A stretch of 64,000 nt of DNA from Craspedostauros australis. Taxonomy: Eukaryota. Location of the stretch: assembly GCA_030167865.1 (NCBI GenBank), contig JALAGF010003145.1, positions 1 through 64,000 on the forward strand, in the 5' to 3' direction. Shown piece by piece: positions 24,910 through 35,720 of this stretch. Every line of letters starts with the position of its first letter. Within the stretch, counting starts at the first letter, position 1. Under the pieces are notes generated by a model, which was given only the letters and a program-made list of their open reading frames with translations, searched no databases and had not been told where the DNA came from. A program made the translations under genes and the position numbers.

Positions 24910-25686
24910 CCTGCGTGTCTCTTCTGACAGTCTGGCTGTTGTTGTGGGCTATTGCTGCTGCTGCTGCTTCCACTGCTACTGCTGCTGCTATTGATGGTGT
25001 GGATGTTGATGGAGGGCTTCTGGTTTGTTGGCTGCGATCAATGGCACACACAAGGGCCCTCTCTTTCCGCTCACTTTGTGTGGTTGGCGGCCACCGTCTC
25101 ACACCTCCTTGTGTGTGTTGTGCGCTGTGCGTGCACTGTCATTGTGCCGGATTGGGACTTTTCGGGTGTCGAGACGAGAGTTGGTGGTGGCAAACGGGTC
25201 TTCTTCGCTCAGCATCGCTTTTCTGCATCGGCAAATTGTGACTGACACTTTCTTTGAAGCACTTCAGCACGATCGCCTATTCGTGCACATGACTCAATCA
25301 ATAGATAATAATATCTAAACAAGTACCCTTGTGCACGTGTGGCTGTCAGTAGTACAAGATGTGTCCGTAAGTCTGTTTGAAACTCGACGATGCTCAGCAA
25401 CAACTCAATCAATGATGAAATGACAACGTGACTGAGAGTAGCTTCCAATCAAAGTACCATTCTCGAGTTGGGTGCTCGTACGAGGACAGATCGGGGTACT
25501 CCAAATCAAACAGTCACAACATGACAGAGTGACCGCGTATTGCGTTTCCTTCCAGAAGGACTTTGCTCACAACGCCGCCACCAGCTTCGTCTTCTTCATC
25601 ATCTTCTTCTTCTTCTTCGCCGTATTGCGATCAAGCACGAGTCAGCCACTTCTCTCATCGTCCATCATCATGCATTGCTCCGAAAG

Positions 25687-27468
25687 ATGGGGGTGACATC
25701 AAGCAGATCTGGCATCGGAATCAGCAAAACCAAATGGGATCGACGAGCGAACATTGGCATGGGACATCGGAAACCACTTCACCAAAATGCGCTCTCCAGA
25801 TGGTTGGGAGCAACTTGGGCGGCGGTTGTCGTGATGCTGATGTTCGCGTTCTGGCTTCACGTCAGCGACTCGGATGGATCACCGGATCTATCAGGCATCC
25901 AATCGATGGAGCGACCTTTGCTGCACGTCAGCGAACTTGAAGGTCCTTCCGCAGGAGGTGCACGATCGCCACCCATAGCACGATCGGACTGTGGGAAATC
26001 GTGGGACTCCACTCGCCTGGCGACATTGCGAGATCGTGTCAGCGACAGTGGTGGCGTGCTCACGTGGTCGGTGACTGGCGGTGCCGAATACAGGAAGCAT
26101 GCCATCGGCATATTGCAGCACTGGGAGAGAGCGCATATCTCGAACGTTCTCATCGTCACCTTGGATCAGGAGAGCGCAGACGTCATCTGCGACCATGGTT
26201 ACGCGGCCGTGGTGTACGACCGGCCAAAGGCGTCGTACTCGATCGTCGCGGACGCCAAGTTTCAGGTTGCGAAGGATCTGGCAGCGGCTGGAATTGATGC
26301 CTTGTTCATGGAGATGGATATCTTCTGCCGTGCATCGCCACTCCCGGCAATGACAGAAGCCACGATTGATGCGCAGTCGCAGCGGCATGACGTGGTCGTT
26401 ATTGGCCATGCGGATGTGCCGGAAATCCCCAACATCGGCATGTACTTTGTGCGGGCTTCCAACCGCACCGCGTTTTTCTTCCAGCGCCTCATCGAATTGC
26501 TGGCACCATCCAAGGGGAATCTCACCTACAAGGACGAACGGAGATGGACCATCACGTACTTCGATCAACGCTTCTTTTACCACTGTGCTTATCGCATAAA
26601 CACTACCGTCCTCGGCGAAGAACCTCCGAATCCATGCCAGCATGTGAACATCACAACAACCGTCATGAAGAACAGAATCATTTCCTCCCATGAACCTCCT
26701 CTAATCACGGATTCCACCGTCTGCATACATCCGCTGCAGGCCAAGCCGATGATGCCATTTATCAACAAGGTCGTGACCGCAGCGTCGATGGGATTCGACA
26801 TTCATCCGGAGGATCCGAACGAACGATTCTTGAAGACGGCCAGCGGCTTGCTGGACTACTGCGAGGTTCATACCCAGCACACGCTGCCATTCAAGAAATG
26901 GCCAGTGCCGAGCAGCAATCAAAAGGAACGTGTCGTATTCCATATTGCCGCGCTCGTGGCGCTTGCCAAAGTGTCGAATCGGACATTGGTGTTGCCGCGA
27001 GAGATGGTGACGAGGGAGACGCATTCCGTGCCGCTGTACGGCGTTGTGGACATTTCCACCATCAACGATCTGGTGTCGTGGCGTTGGGACATGCCAGATT
27101 CAATAGGAGAAAGCAATCGTGTGATGCCTGTTGAAAGCCGCAGGACACTCGTTTCCATCGAACCTGATGATGAAACGCAACATACGTTTGAATTTCTTCA
27201 AAGCCAGCTGCTGGCATTGCCAGACGGTGGCGGAGGCACACACAACGAGGAGCGCAGGGTGGTGGAAATTGATAATCTTCTGCTGCTGCGAGGCTTTCAT
27301 CCACGATCGGGGTGGTCGTCAACATCGAAACTGAATGGTGCCATCGTTGAAGTTCTGAAGACGCTGAAATGGTGCTTGCAGAGGCAATTCAACTATCACG
27401 GCGGTCGACAGGGGTTATGCGATCATACGAAATCGACGGTTTTTTATTTGTCCTTCGAGAATGATTGA
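25687..27468 (+). CDS. Type II membrane glycosyltransferase, nucleotide-diphospho-sugar transferase (GT77-like), with a C-terminal 'NRTLVLP' domain
   Basis: N-terminal TM anchor (WAAVVVMLMFAFWLH). GT77-like motifs LIVTLD, K..VAKDL..GIDALFMEMDIF, NIGMYFVRAS and FDQ..F. C-terminal ALAKVSNRTLVLP. Confidence 0.75.
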   Translation: MGVTSSRSGIGISKTKWDRRANIGMGHRKPLHQNALSRWLGATWAAVVVMLMFAFWLHVSDSDGSPDLSGIQSMERPLLHVSELEGPSAGGARSPPIARSDCGKSWDSTRLATLRDRVSDSGGVLTWSVTGGAEYRKHAIGILQHWERAHISNVLIVTLDQESADVICDHGYAAVVYDRPKASYSIVADAKFQVAKDLAAAGIDALFMEMDIFCRASPLPAMTEATIDAQSQRHDVVVIGHADVPEIPNIGMYFVRASNRTAFFFQRLIELLAPSKGNLTYKDERRWTITYFDQRFFYHCAYRINTTVLGEEPPNPCQHVNITTTVMKNRIISSHEPPLITDSTVCIHPLQAKPMMPFINKVVTAASMGFDIHPEDPNERFLKTASGLLDYCEVHTQHTLPFKKWPVPSSNQKERVVFHIAALVALAKVSNRTLVLPREMVTRETHSVPLYGVVDISTINDLVSWRWDMPDSIGESNRVMPVESRRTLVSIEPDDETQHTFEFLQSQLLALPDGGGGTHNEERRVVEIDNLLLLRGFHPRSGWSSTSKLNGAIVEVLKTLKWCLQRQFNYHGGRQGLCDHTKSTVFYLSFEND

Positions 27469-27673
27469 TACTTCTAATATGTAGAGACGAGTACAGGTGA
27501 GGACATGGAACATGCAATCCTTTCAGAAACTGCAGTGCGAGTAGAGCATCGTATCGTCATTGGCATCACTGTTATAATGACATGTTGCACAGAGTACTAC
27601 TGCAAGTGGTGGAACCGCTCCAACGGCTCGACAATTGCTGTGTCCTCCTGGTATTCACAGCATCACCCTCCAC

Positions 27674-28705
27674 TCAGTCTCGGCCCACCGTCTTGGACAT
27701 GTTCTCTTTCATTGCCTCCACGACTTCATCGGGACTTTCGGCTCGTAGCACGGCGCGGATGATGGCCACCCCATCAGCTCCGTACTTGGCGACAGGATCG
27801 TGGCAATTTGTGGCATCGATTCCACCGATACCGAGAACGAAGGGAGCTTTGACCGGCGAAGCCACGTGATCAGAATGGGATGAAGACGCATCGCGATCAC
27901 GGCACACCTGCTCCAGCGCTCGCTTCACCTGCCCGGGTAGCGCCGGACCTTCCAATTCATCAGCCGACTTGTCCGGGTGTGTTTGGCTCAAGTAGCAGGT
28001 GCCGCAGAAGTAGTAGTCCGGATCGTACTTTGCAAACGATCTGGTTGCGGATTCAATGCTGTGGGTCGACATTCCGATGAGGGGAGGGTACGTGAAACTC
28101 GCCTTGATCTGCGGCAACCTCTCGAAATGCTTCTCCTTGACATGGATGCCATGGGCCTTGGCCTCCACCCCCACGTCCACCCAGTCGCTGGAGACAACCA
28201 CGCGGCAATGCTTGTTGTTTCCTGACGCGGACACCAGCTCGATCATTTGCCGAGTGAGTGACACCGCCCGTTCCTTGAATGCGTCCATGCTTTGTTCCTT
28301 GTGGGAAGCAGTGCTGACCTCATGACCATCGCTCTGCGTCGGCAGCTGAAGCCGGACGGAAATCAAGTCCACCAATCCCGTGCTCAGCGCCGTGCGAATG
28401 GCAGTGATGGTCTGTTCCATGCGCTGTTCATTGTCGCATGCATCCGGTTCCGTGATGATTGCCAGAAAGGGAGCACGCGTGGTTGCGAAGCATCTAGCGG
28501 CATCACCAGCCACATCGAAGTCGACATCATCATCGAAATCACCGTCGACATCAACACCGAAATCTGCTATCTCGGAAATCGATAACCTTGCCGATGCGGC
28601 TCTTTGTCGGGCAATTGCTGTTGATGGTGCATTTGTTGATGCCGCTGCTTGGAAGCCATGTGCAGAGGAGAGGAGGAGGCACGAAAGCCAGGCCGAATGC
28701 CACAT
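27674..28705 (-). CDS. Thiamine-phosphate synthase (ThiE/TenI) family TIM-barrel protein, predicted plastid-targeted
   Basis: LAIIT, AHGIHV, IGMSTHS, DYYFCG, VLGIGGID and GADGVAIIRAV. The signal peptide ends AHG-FQA (ASAFAP type). Confidence 0.82.
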   Translation of the reverse strand: MWHSAWLSCLLLSSAHGFQAAASTNAPSTAIARQRAASARLSISEIADFGVDVDGDFDDDVDFDVAGDAARCFATTRAPFLAIITEPDACDNEQRMEQTITAIRTALSTGLVDLISVRLQLPTQSDGHEVSTASHKEQSMDAFKERAVSLTRQMIELVSASGNNKHCRVVVSSDWVDVGVEAKAHGIHVKEKHFERLPQIKASFTYPPLIGMSTHSIESATRSFAKYDPDYYFCGTCYLSQTHPDKSADELEGPALPGQVKRALEQVCRDRDASSSHSDHVASPVKAPFVLGIGGIDATNCHDPVAKYGADGVAIIRAVLRAESPDEVVEAMKENMSKTVGRD

Positions 28706-29131
28706 GATGCGATGGGTTGCTCCCGTTGCTTCTGTTTGCGTCTCTCAGTTGATACTTTGGTCGAGCAGCGCAGTTGCTTTGGTCGGCAGAACGAGATCGG
28801 ACAATGAATGCAGAAAATCGGAGATTTGAGATGCGTGGCTGTGTGTGTCATCGTGTCGCTCCAGTCGTCATCATTGGAGTTTGTAAGTTACGGTAAATAA
28901 GTATTAAACCAGAAACGGCATATCATCAAGTGCCGATATAAATAGTGAGTTTATGTGAATTAACCGCAACTATCAAGCGCAGCTGAAAATGTTGCGGGGG
29001 CAAACGTGTCCAGAACCCACTCACTCTTGTGCGCTGGCATCAAACTAACTCTGCACACTGTGTCACATAGCACTACGAGTGGTACGACCCACGATAAAGT
29101 CTTACTCTATCACATAATATCATATTGTGCT

Positions 29132-31771
29132 CTAAAAGATCAACTTCTCCACGGTGTATCCCGAGATCTCGTCGTTGTCGCGCGACGTGATGACCTTCTG
29201 TCGCGGATATTTGAGTCTTCTTCGTTCCTCATCGTCCACCAGCTCCGTGCAGATAAGGACGTCATCCTGGAGCTTGATGATGGCCTCGGACTGCGTGATG
29301 AACATGCGTACGTACCGCTGCATGGCCGCGGCGAGCTCCGTGCTCTTGTTGGAATCGCCGCTCACGGCTGTCGCGCCGATGGCGCTGACCCATCCGACCG
29401 TCGCCGCCGATCGTATTTGGCATTGCCGTGTCCATCCGTCCTTGAGCTCCGGCATGGCGGGCATGGAGTAGGTGTGGACGAAGAGACGAGCCAGGAGGAC
29501 CGCGACGGATTCATCCGAGATGATCTCTGCCACGGCGGCGTGTAGCATGGCGCTGTTGCACACGGAGTACGATGCGACCATGCCGACCAGCGTCTTGATG
29601 ACCATGAGGACCACCTCGCTCTCGATAGCGTCATTCTGCTGCGTGCGGAGTTTGGACAACGCGACGCACTTTCTGGCGAGGTGGGTCTGCTCCGGGCTGA
29701 AGCGGTCCGTGGATTCGGACATGACGAAGGCGGCGTTGTCGTTAGCCGATGCCCGAGTGCAGACGGTGTTGAGCATGATGGCCATCTGAAATTCTGACAC
29801 GTCGGCGCAGTTCTCGAGCATCAGGAAGATAATTCCAAGGGTTGTTGTGTTGGCGGGGCCATCGTTGCTCATCGCGCGACCATTGCTGCCGCCGCTGCCA
29901 CCCAGCCGATGCTCAAGGAGCTTTTGGAATTCGTGCACGCCGGATTCGTCCCTGCCATTGAAACAGAACCGGGCCGACACCTGCTTCGTCTTCAACAGCT
30001 CGGCGATGATGCCAAAGGAAATGTCAACAAGTTTGCTGCTGCCTTCGCCGTCTCTCGCCGCCGCTGCTGCTGCGATAGATCGCTTCGCCATGATGACAGC
30101 GCCGTTGACAGCCGACCAGTTCAGCACGCCGAGCGCATCGGATGATTGCCTGTTGTACTCTGCCAGTTGCACTCGGATGTCTTGCGCTGTGGGTTCGATT
30201 TTGGCGGAGATGGTGTCGTTGATAGAGTTCGCCAATGCCGACGACACGATGTGTTGGTAGACCTCCAGAGCCTCGTCGGTGGAAGTGATCAAGCTGTCGT
30301 GCTGAACGCTGGGATGGAATGTCTCCTGTCGTCCTTGCACCAGGGTTTGCGGTATCGAGAGAGATGATCGAAGACGATCTGCCAGTGAAAAAGCGGTGGT
30401 TGGGAAGGCAGATTGCTCGCTGGTGACAGTCACGGTGGCGACGGCAACATGAACGGATCGCTGATCTTCGTGCAAAACCACGAGATTGCCAGTGTGCGGG
30501 TCAGCGCGCATCATGAGCACGTTGCTGCTAGCATGCATCATGGCCGTGTCGCCCACTGACGCCGTGGCAAGGATGGCACCCGAAATCAGATCGCACACCG
30601 AGAGGTTGGAGGATGATAGAGCAGCAACAGCACAGTGATGGATCATTCCCACATGCTGACATCCTGGTGGCGTCTGAATTGGCTTGCTGTTGAGCTGCGC
30701 TCTGTCGAGACAGATGGATGCCACGTGCGGACTCTGAGCTTTTCCGCTGTTGGATGCAGCAGCTATATTGTATGCGAGGAAAATGTTGGACGTCGCGTCA
30801 ATTTCATCGTCGAGCAATCGCACAGAAGAGCGGTCCAGTGTTGGTTTGGCGCTGTCATCGTGACTTCTCGTCGCAAACAGCGGAATGTATTGCGCTGGCG
30901 TCGCCACCGAGGTGTAGCCGAATTCACCCGTCTGCGGATCCTTCTTGCGTTCCACGCGGTGCATGATCACGATGACGGATGTGTCGTTGGCATAAATCTG
31001 GTAAAATTGGGCATTCGGTTCTGGGGCAGCCGAGATGCTGGATCGTCGTTTGTTGTTTGCGCTGGACGTTCGCTTGTTTTTGGGAATTGCCCTCGCCACG
31101 GTGCCGATGTAGGATGCGTCGGCCGGCATTTTGGATGGAAAGTATTGTATCCTGCCGTTAGATGCTGATTTGGATCTCTCCTTGGCAGACACGGCCAACG
31201 AGAACAGACGCCCGTCCTGGCACGAGCCGTAGATTCGACCCTTGACGGATGCAAGCAGAGACACTGAGAGTGCTGGCGATTCGAGCTTGAATTTTTCGGC
31301 ATTGGGATCATCCGGACCCGTGCAGGTGTTGGAGTCCCAGACGCAGAGATGCTGATTCGAGTTCTGCAGAGCGATCATGCAATCATGCTTGACATCGAGG
31401 ATGCCCGGCAACGGCGGAAGGCTGCTTGCGTTCGCCTTGGATGATGCGGAATGGCCTCCGGGACCCTGTGGATGAGGATAGAAGCTCCTGTCACCTCCAG
31501 GGCGCGTCACAAATTGATGGTTGGGGCATTCCCTGGCCTTCTCCAGCAACCGTATCTGATTGCCATTCTGCACGCCGATGATTTCGAGCGGAGCCGAAAG
31601 TCCCGATGATGATGAGAGTCCGAATGACGATCGCCGTCTCTTGGAGTTGCCATCTCCAGGTTTTCGGAACGATCGAATGAAGGGGGTCAGCAGCACCTGA
31701 TCTCCGCCGCCCTTGCTAGGCTTCTTGACGGATGTCTTGATGTTGCTCCATGGCGACACCTGAACCAACAT
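29132..31771 (-). CDS. Hypothetical 879-aa protein, candidate NOL11/Utp8-like UTP-A subunit
   Basis: Long single-exon ORF. Beta-rich N-terminal half, helical C-terminal half and C-terminal YTVEKLIF motif. The coding status is confident; the functional call is an inference. Confidence 0.55.
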   Translation of the reverse strand: MLVQVSPWSNIKTSVKKPSKGGGDQVLLTPFIRSFRKPGDGNSKRRRSSFGLSSSSGLSAPLEIIGVQNGNQIRLLEKARECPNHQFVTRPGGDRSFYPHPQGPGGHSASSKANASSLPPLPGILDVKHDCMIALQNSNQHLCVWDSNTCTGPDDPNAEKFKLESPALSVSLLASVKGRIYGSCQDGRLFSLAVSAKERSKSASNGRIQYFPSKMPADASYIGTVARAIPKNKRTSSANNKRRSSISAAPEPNAQFYQIYANDTSVIVIMHRVERKKDPQTGEFGYTSVATPAQYIPLFATRSHDDSAKPTLDRSSVRLLDDEIDATSNIFLAYNIAAASNSGKAQSPHVASICLDRAQLNSKPIQTPPGCQHVGMIHHCAVAALSSSNLSVCDLISGAILATASVGDTAMMHASSNVLMMRADPHTGNLVVLHEDQRSVHVAVATVTVTSEQSAFPTTAFSLADRLRSSLSIPQTLVQGRQETFHPSVQHDSLITSTDEALEVYQHIVSSALANSINDTISAKIEPTAQDIRVQLAEYNRQSSDALGVLNWSAVNGAVIMAKRSIAAAAAARDGEGSSKLVDISFGIIAELLKTKQVSARFCFNGRDESGVHEFQKLLEHRLGGSGGSNGRAMSNDGPANTTTLGIIFLMLENCADVSEFQMAIMLNTVCTRASANDNAAFVMSESTDRFSPEQTHLARKCVALSKLRTQQNDAIESEVVLMVIKTLVGMVASYSVCNSAMLHAAVAEIISDESVAVLLARLFVHTYSMPAMPELKDGWTRQCQIRSAATVGWVSAIGATAVSGDSNKSTELAAAMQRYVRMFITQSEAIIKLQDDVLICTELVDDEERRRLKYPRQKVITSRDNDEISGYTVEKLIF

Positions 31772-32349
31772 GACTGGAGCACTCTGGAGCTTCTGTGGAG
31801 TACGAGGACTTCACGGATTCTTTCTTCCTGTATTCCTCAGATTGCAATGGGGATCAGTGTTGACGCCAACCTGCGGATCTCCGTTGTCAATTGAGCACAA
31901 GTGTTGCGACCACAAATCAATGTTGAAATGCCAATCAAGAAGGATGGCTGCGACTCTTGTTGGATGCAAGGGTCCATCGTCTCGTTGTCTTGCCTCTTGC
32001 GGTTCTCACGCAATGGCGTTGTTCGGTTGGAGTGGGTGTTTTGGGTGATGGCAGAAACGTCCATTTTTCGCTGGTTCGGAGGCTTGTTCTGTTGAAGGCC
32101 AGACAATTCACGGGATTCATTCAATCCATAGCCATCACCATTCCGCCACACACCAACAACAACAACGACGACCAGAGCTGCGGTTGTGTCTGATGCCTGG
32201 CGGCCGGTTCCTGATGCCCACACCACACCAGACAATGGACATACTAGTACTCGTAACCTCATGAGTATTTGTGAAGGAAAGGAGACGAACAAACAGACAA
32301 AGCGTACCATTCTATTACATTGTATAATATTCGATAGAGAGCAGAGCAG

Positions 32350-32859
32350 ATGGTGGGATCGGATGAGATCATGCAGCACGTGGACCGCGTGGCATCCAGA
32401 GTCAGCCTGATGTGCGTGGCTGGGCTCGTGGCCGGTGCGACCGGGGCTGCCGTGGCGGGATACCCACGACGTGCAACGGCGTTGAAGGTCGCCATGTCCC
32501 TGGGGATGGTGTCGACATCCGTGTTGGTGCTGGAACGCATCGCGTACGTCGGGCTGGCGCCGATGATGCCCAACGAGGAGAAGCGACGGTTCCGGACGTC
32601 GCATGCCTTCGGCGGCGTGTTTGGCGGCGCCGTCAACGGATACCTCTACCAGAGACGGCCGATGCGAGGCATTGTGCTCTTCGCTCCGCTCATGCTCGCT
32701 GTTTCGCAAATGGAGATCATGTACGACGAACAGCGCAATCGAAGAATACAGCAGATCATTTCCGAACAGCAGCAGGAGCAGCAGCAGAATCGACAACACC
32801 AGGAACATGAAAGGCAGCAGGGGGATAGCGAAGAGGATGGCGAGGCACAGAAGCAGTAG
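32350..32859 (+). CDS. Small membrane protein, possibly Tim17/Tim22/NDUFA11-like
   Basis: Three to four glycine-rich hydrophobic segments (AGLVAGATGA; SHAFGGVFGGAVNG) and a Q/E-rich tail. Confidence 0.55.
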   Translation: MVGSDEIMQHVDRVASRVSLMCVAGLVAGATGAAVAGYPRRATALKVAMSLGMVSTSVLVLERIAYVGLAPMMPNEEKRRFRTSHAFGGVFGGAVNGYLYQRRPMRGIVLFAPLMLAVSQMEIMYDEQRNRRIQQIISEQQQEQQQNRQHQEHERQQGDSEEDGEAQKQ

Positions 32860-33260
32860 GACAACATATCGTGGAACGGTGATGGCAGGTCCCATAGCGA
32901 GTGCTACCGTCCATTCGTTGTTCCAACTGCGGGAAACAAACGAACAAGAATGCAACATCGCGAGCTGCTTACAAAGCGTACTCGTGCATCTGTGCAAGGA
33001 GCTGAGCAAGCAAGTCGATTGATTATATTGCCGTAATGCTGATAAGGCCCTCTCCGTGTTGTGGAAATTCCTGGAACTACTCTTATTAGAGTACTCTACT
33101 GTGGAGGGAGAGAGATAGTGTGTGCATGTGTGTGTGTGCTCGACTGCAGCAGCTTGATGTAGACTGTGCAGCATGATGCGTCATGACATTCCGATGGTAA
33201 CCTTGATTCTTGCAAAATGACCTCAATCGTGTTTGGCCTCCTGCTGTGCACCGCATTGCG

Positions 33261-33932
33261 CTATGATAAATTGTTCACAACCAACGCATGTGGCACCACA
33301 ACGACATCGTCGCTGCAACTCTCCAATGGTTCCAATTCGTCATCCAATTCATCACCATTCAGGTCATAATGTATAACATCATCATCATCATCATCATCAT
33401 AATCGCCGTGATGCCCCGACAGGCTGCTGAGATCAGTCTCGGCCGTGTCGCTGAGCTTCCATTCGATGGTGAGGTCTTCGATGTGCGATAATCTCCGTGG
33501 CCGGATGATGTGGGAGGCGCGCCTCCGTTTCTGAAGGATGTACGGGGACAGCTTGCCGCTCCGCCGCTGCCGGTAGTTGGAACTGTCGTCGTCCGATGAT
33601 GAATCGTCGTCGGAAGAATCTGAAAGTCCCATCCGTCTCCATCGTCTGTACGTTGGTAGTTGCTGTTGGTCGTTGTCGTTGTTGTGATCATCATGCTGTT
33701 GCTGTTCCAACAGCTTGTGCTGCGGTTTTGTGTGCGTCGCTGAATTGCTGGCTTGCCGTTGTTGATGTTGCTGCGGCTGGAGAGGGAAACGTGCGTTGTG
33801 CTGATCACCGCCGCGATGCGAATGCATGGACCTGTTCATGTGCCACCACAACTCCGGCATGCTTGAGGATCGTCCGATATTGCAGTTCATTGCGTAATAT
33901 GAGTTGTGGGAAGTCGGAAGTGGATGATGCAT
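33261..33932 (-). CDS. Low-complexity hypothetical protein (Q, D, S, R rich)
   Basis: 223-aa ORF with no recognisable domain; start uncertain. Confidence 0.35.
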   Translation of the reverse strand: MHHPLPTSHNSYYAMNCNIGRSSSMPELWWHMNRSMHSHRGGDQHNARFPLQPQQHQQRQASNSATHTKPQHKLLEQQQHDDHNNDNDQQQLPTYRRWRRMGLSDSSDDDSSSDDDSSNYRQRRSGKLSPYILQKRRRASHIIRPRRLSHIEDLTIEWKLSDTAETDLSSLSGHHGDYDDDDDDDVIHYDLNGDELDDELEPLESCSDDVVVVPHALVVNNLS

Positions 33933-35720
33933 ACGTGCAGGTACGGTATGTGTGTGGCGTAGTATGTGTGTGCTGTTTCCGCCTCCGCTTCTGTGTTCGC
34001 ATCAATTCTCTGATGCTTTCGGTTGTTCGCGATGGAATGAGAAAGGAATGGGGTGTTGTTGTTGTCGTTGTTGTCGTTGTTGTCGTTGTTGGTGTTGTTG
34101 GTGGTGGTGTTCTCTTGCTGGTTCACAGCCAGTCGTGTTGCTGTGCGATCATCCAGAAGGACAAGAATCCTGTGTCAACCCCGAATCAACCAGCGTCATG
34201 AATCTCTTCGAAACTTCGGAAGGTGATGCACGAGAGACAGAGGAATCGTCAACAGCCATAAATCAAATCGTCGCTCTCCAAAGCAGCCACGCGGCCTGGG
34301 TCCTCTCTGACCCTAACGAAGACGTAGTCCAGCGACCCGACACCTCACCGGAGCATGTGCGAAATGACCATGATGCGTGATCAGCACCCCCACCACCTCG
34401 TCACCAAACCTGGTCCGAACCAAGCTCCTCCACCAGATAGCTGCGTCGCTCTCTGCACATCTTCATGTGGGTCCACGAGATTCGGCGCAGAGAAAACGAA
34501 TTTTGTGGGGGTCGTTGTTGTTCCGACTCCATTCGAGAGATTCGATGTCTCTTCCGTGTCGTGTCAGACTTCTTCTTCCACGATCGCTCCGGTATCTTAT
34601 GCGAAACATGAGTAAAACTGTTGCTGGCGAAGTCGGACGACTCGATACGGAATGCGGAATTCCATTGTCCACGCAAATGACAAGACTGATACGACAACCA
34701 GCCTGTTATGCATGACTTGATGTTTCTTCGTCGATGTCTGATTCGAATGAGTCATATTTCTACACACAAACCTTGATGAGCACACAGAGTTCAAGTTGAG
34801 ATCTTTGGCGTGTCGGAATCGTGGACACGGCACCAACGTGGAGAGCGTGGAGGTTGAAGTTTCCTCCATCACACGCGATGCCAATCAAGAAGGGGCGCTG
34901 TCATCGTTGCTGTCATCGTCGTCATCGTCGTCTTTGTGGTCGCTGTCAAGTATCCTTTGCGTGATGCCGCGTTTCGCGTTTTGGTTGGATCGGATTGTGT
35001 GAGGAGGAAGGCGACAGCTGCGACACAGGGAGAGAGTGGGAGAAGAGGCGCCTCGGAAGTGTGTGAGTGCAACACTACGTGATAGAGAGGAGATACGCGA
35101 GCAAATTGAAGAGAGAAAGGCACGACACACACGAACCGAAGAGATCCTTCCCTCTCTCTTGGCATCAACCAGAACAGTGTGAGGAAGAGACAACGATCAG
35201 CCACGTTCAACACTTCGAGTTGCACCAACACGGCAATTGTACGCACAGCACAACACCCGTGCCCGTCCAAGTTGAACATTGACCAGCGTCTTGGAAGCAA
35301 AGCCCAGCACAGAAGCGACAACAACTCACCATTCACAAGCAACTGCCTACAATTACCAAACCAACCCATTATTACAACAAACGACGACACTTTCGGCAGG
35401 CGACATCATCTGAGGAACGAGATCGACAGTCGATCACATTCTTTCCTTCCATCCATCCATCCATCCATCCATCTTGACATTGCATCATTTTTCCTACATT
35501 GCAATAACTCAAACAACCGCTCAAGGAACCGCTCTGAAGCACTCACTCTGAAGCATCCATCCATCCATACATCCAAGAACAGCAACGTCGATCCCTCATT
35601 CTTCATTGTGCATTGCGAATTGCGAATTGTCCATTGTGTAGTCCAGAGATTGAATCGAAGCAACAGCAGAAGCAGCAACAACAGATACCACTCTAATATC
35701 ATATATCCCACAAAAGAAAG

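Noticed and set aside
31837-33174. 445-aa minus-strand ORF
   Set aside because: Antisense to the 32350-32859 gene. Its Leu-rich stretch is just the complement of CAG repeats, and it has no coherent protein features.
33950-35700. Short ORFs and microsatellites (GTT, CATC) upstream of the PhyH gene
   Set aside because: Low-complexity UTR or promoter-like sequence with no supportable coding or RNA gene.
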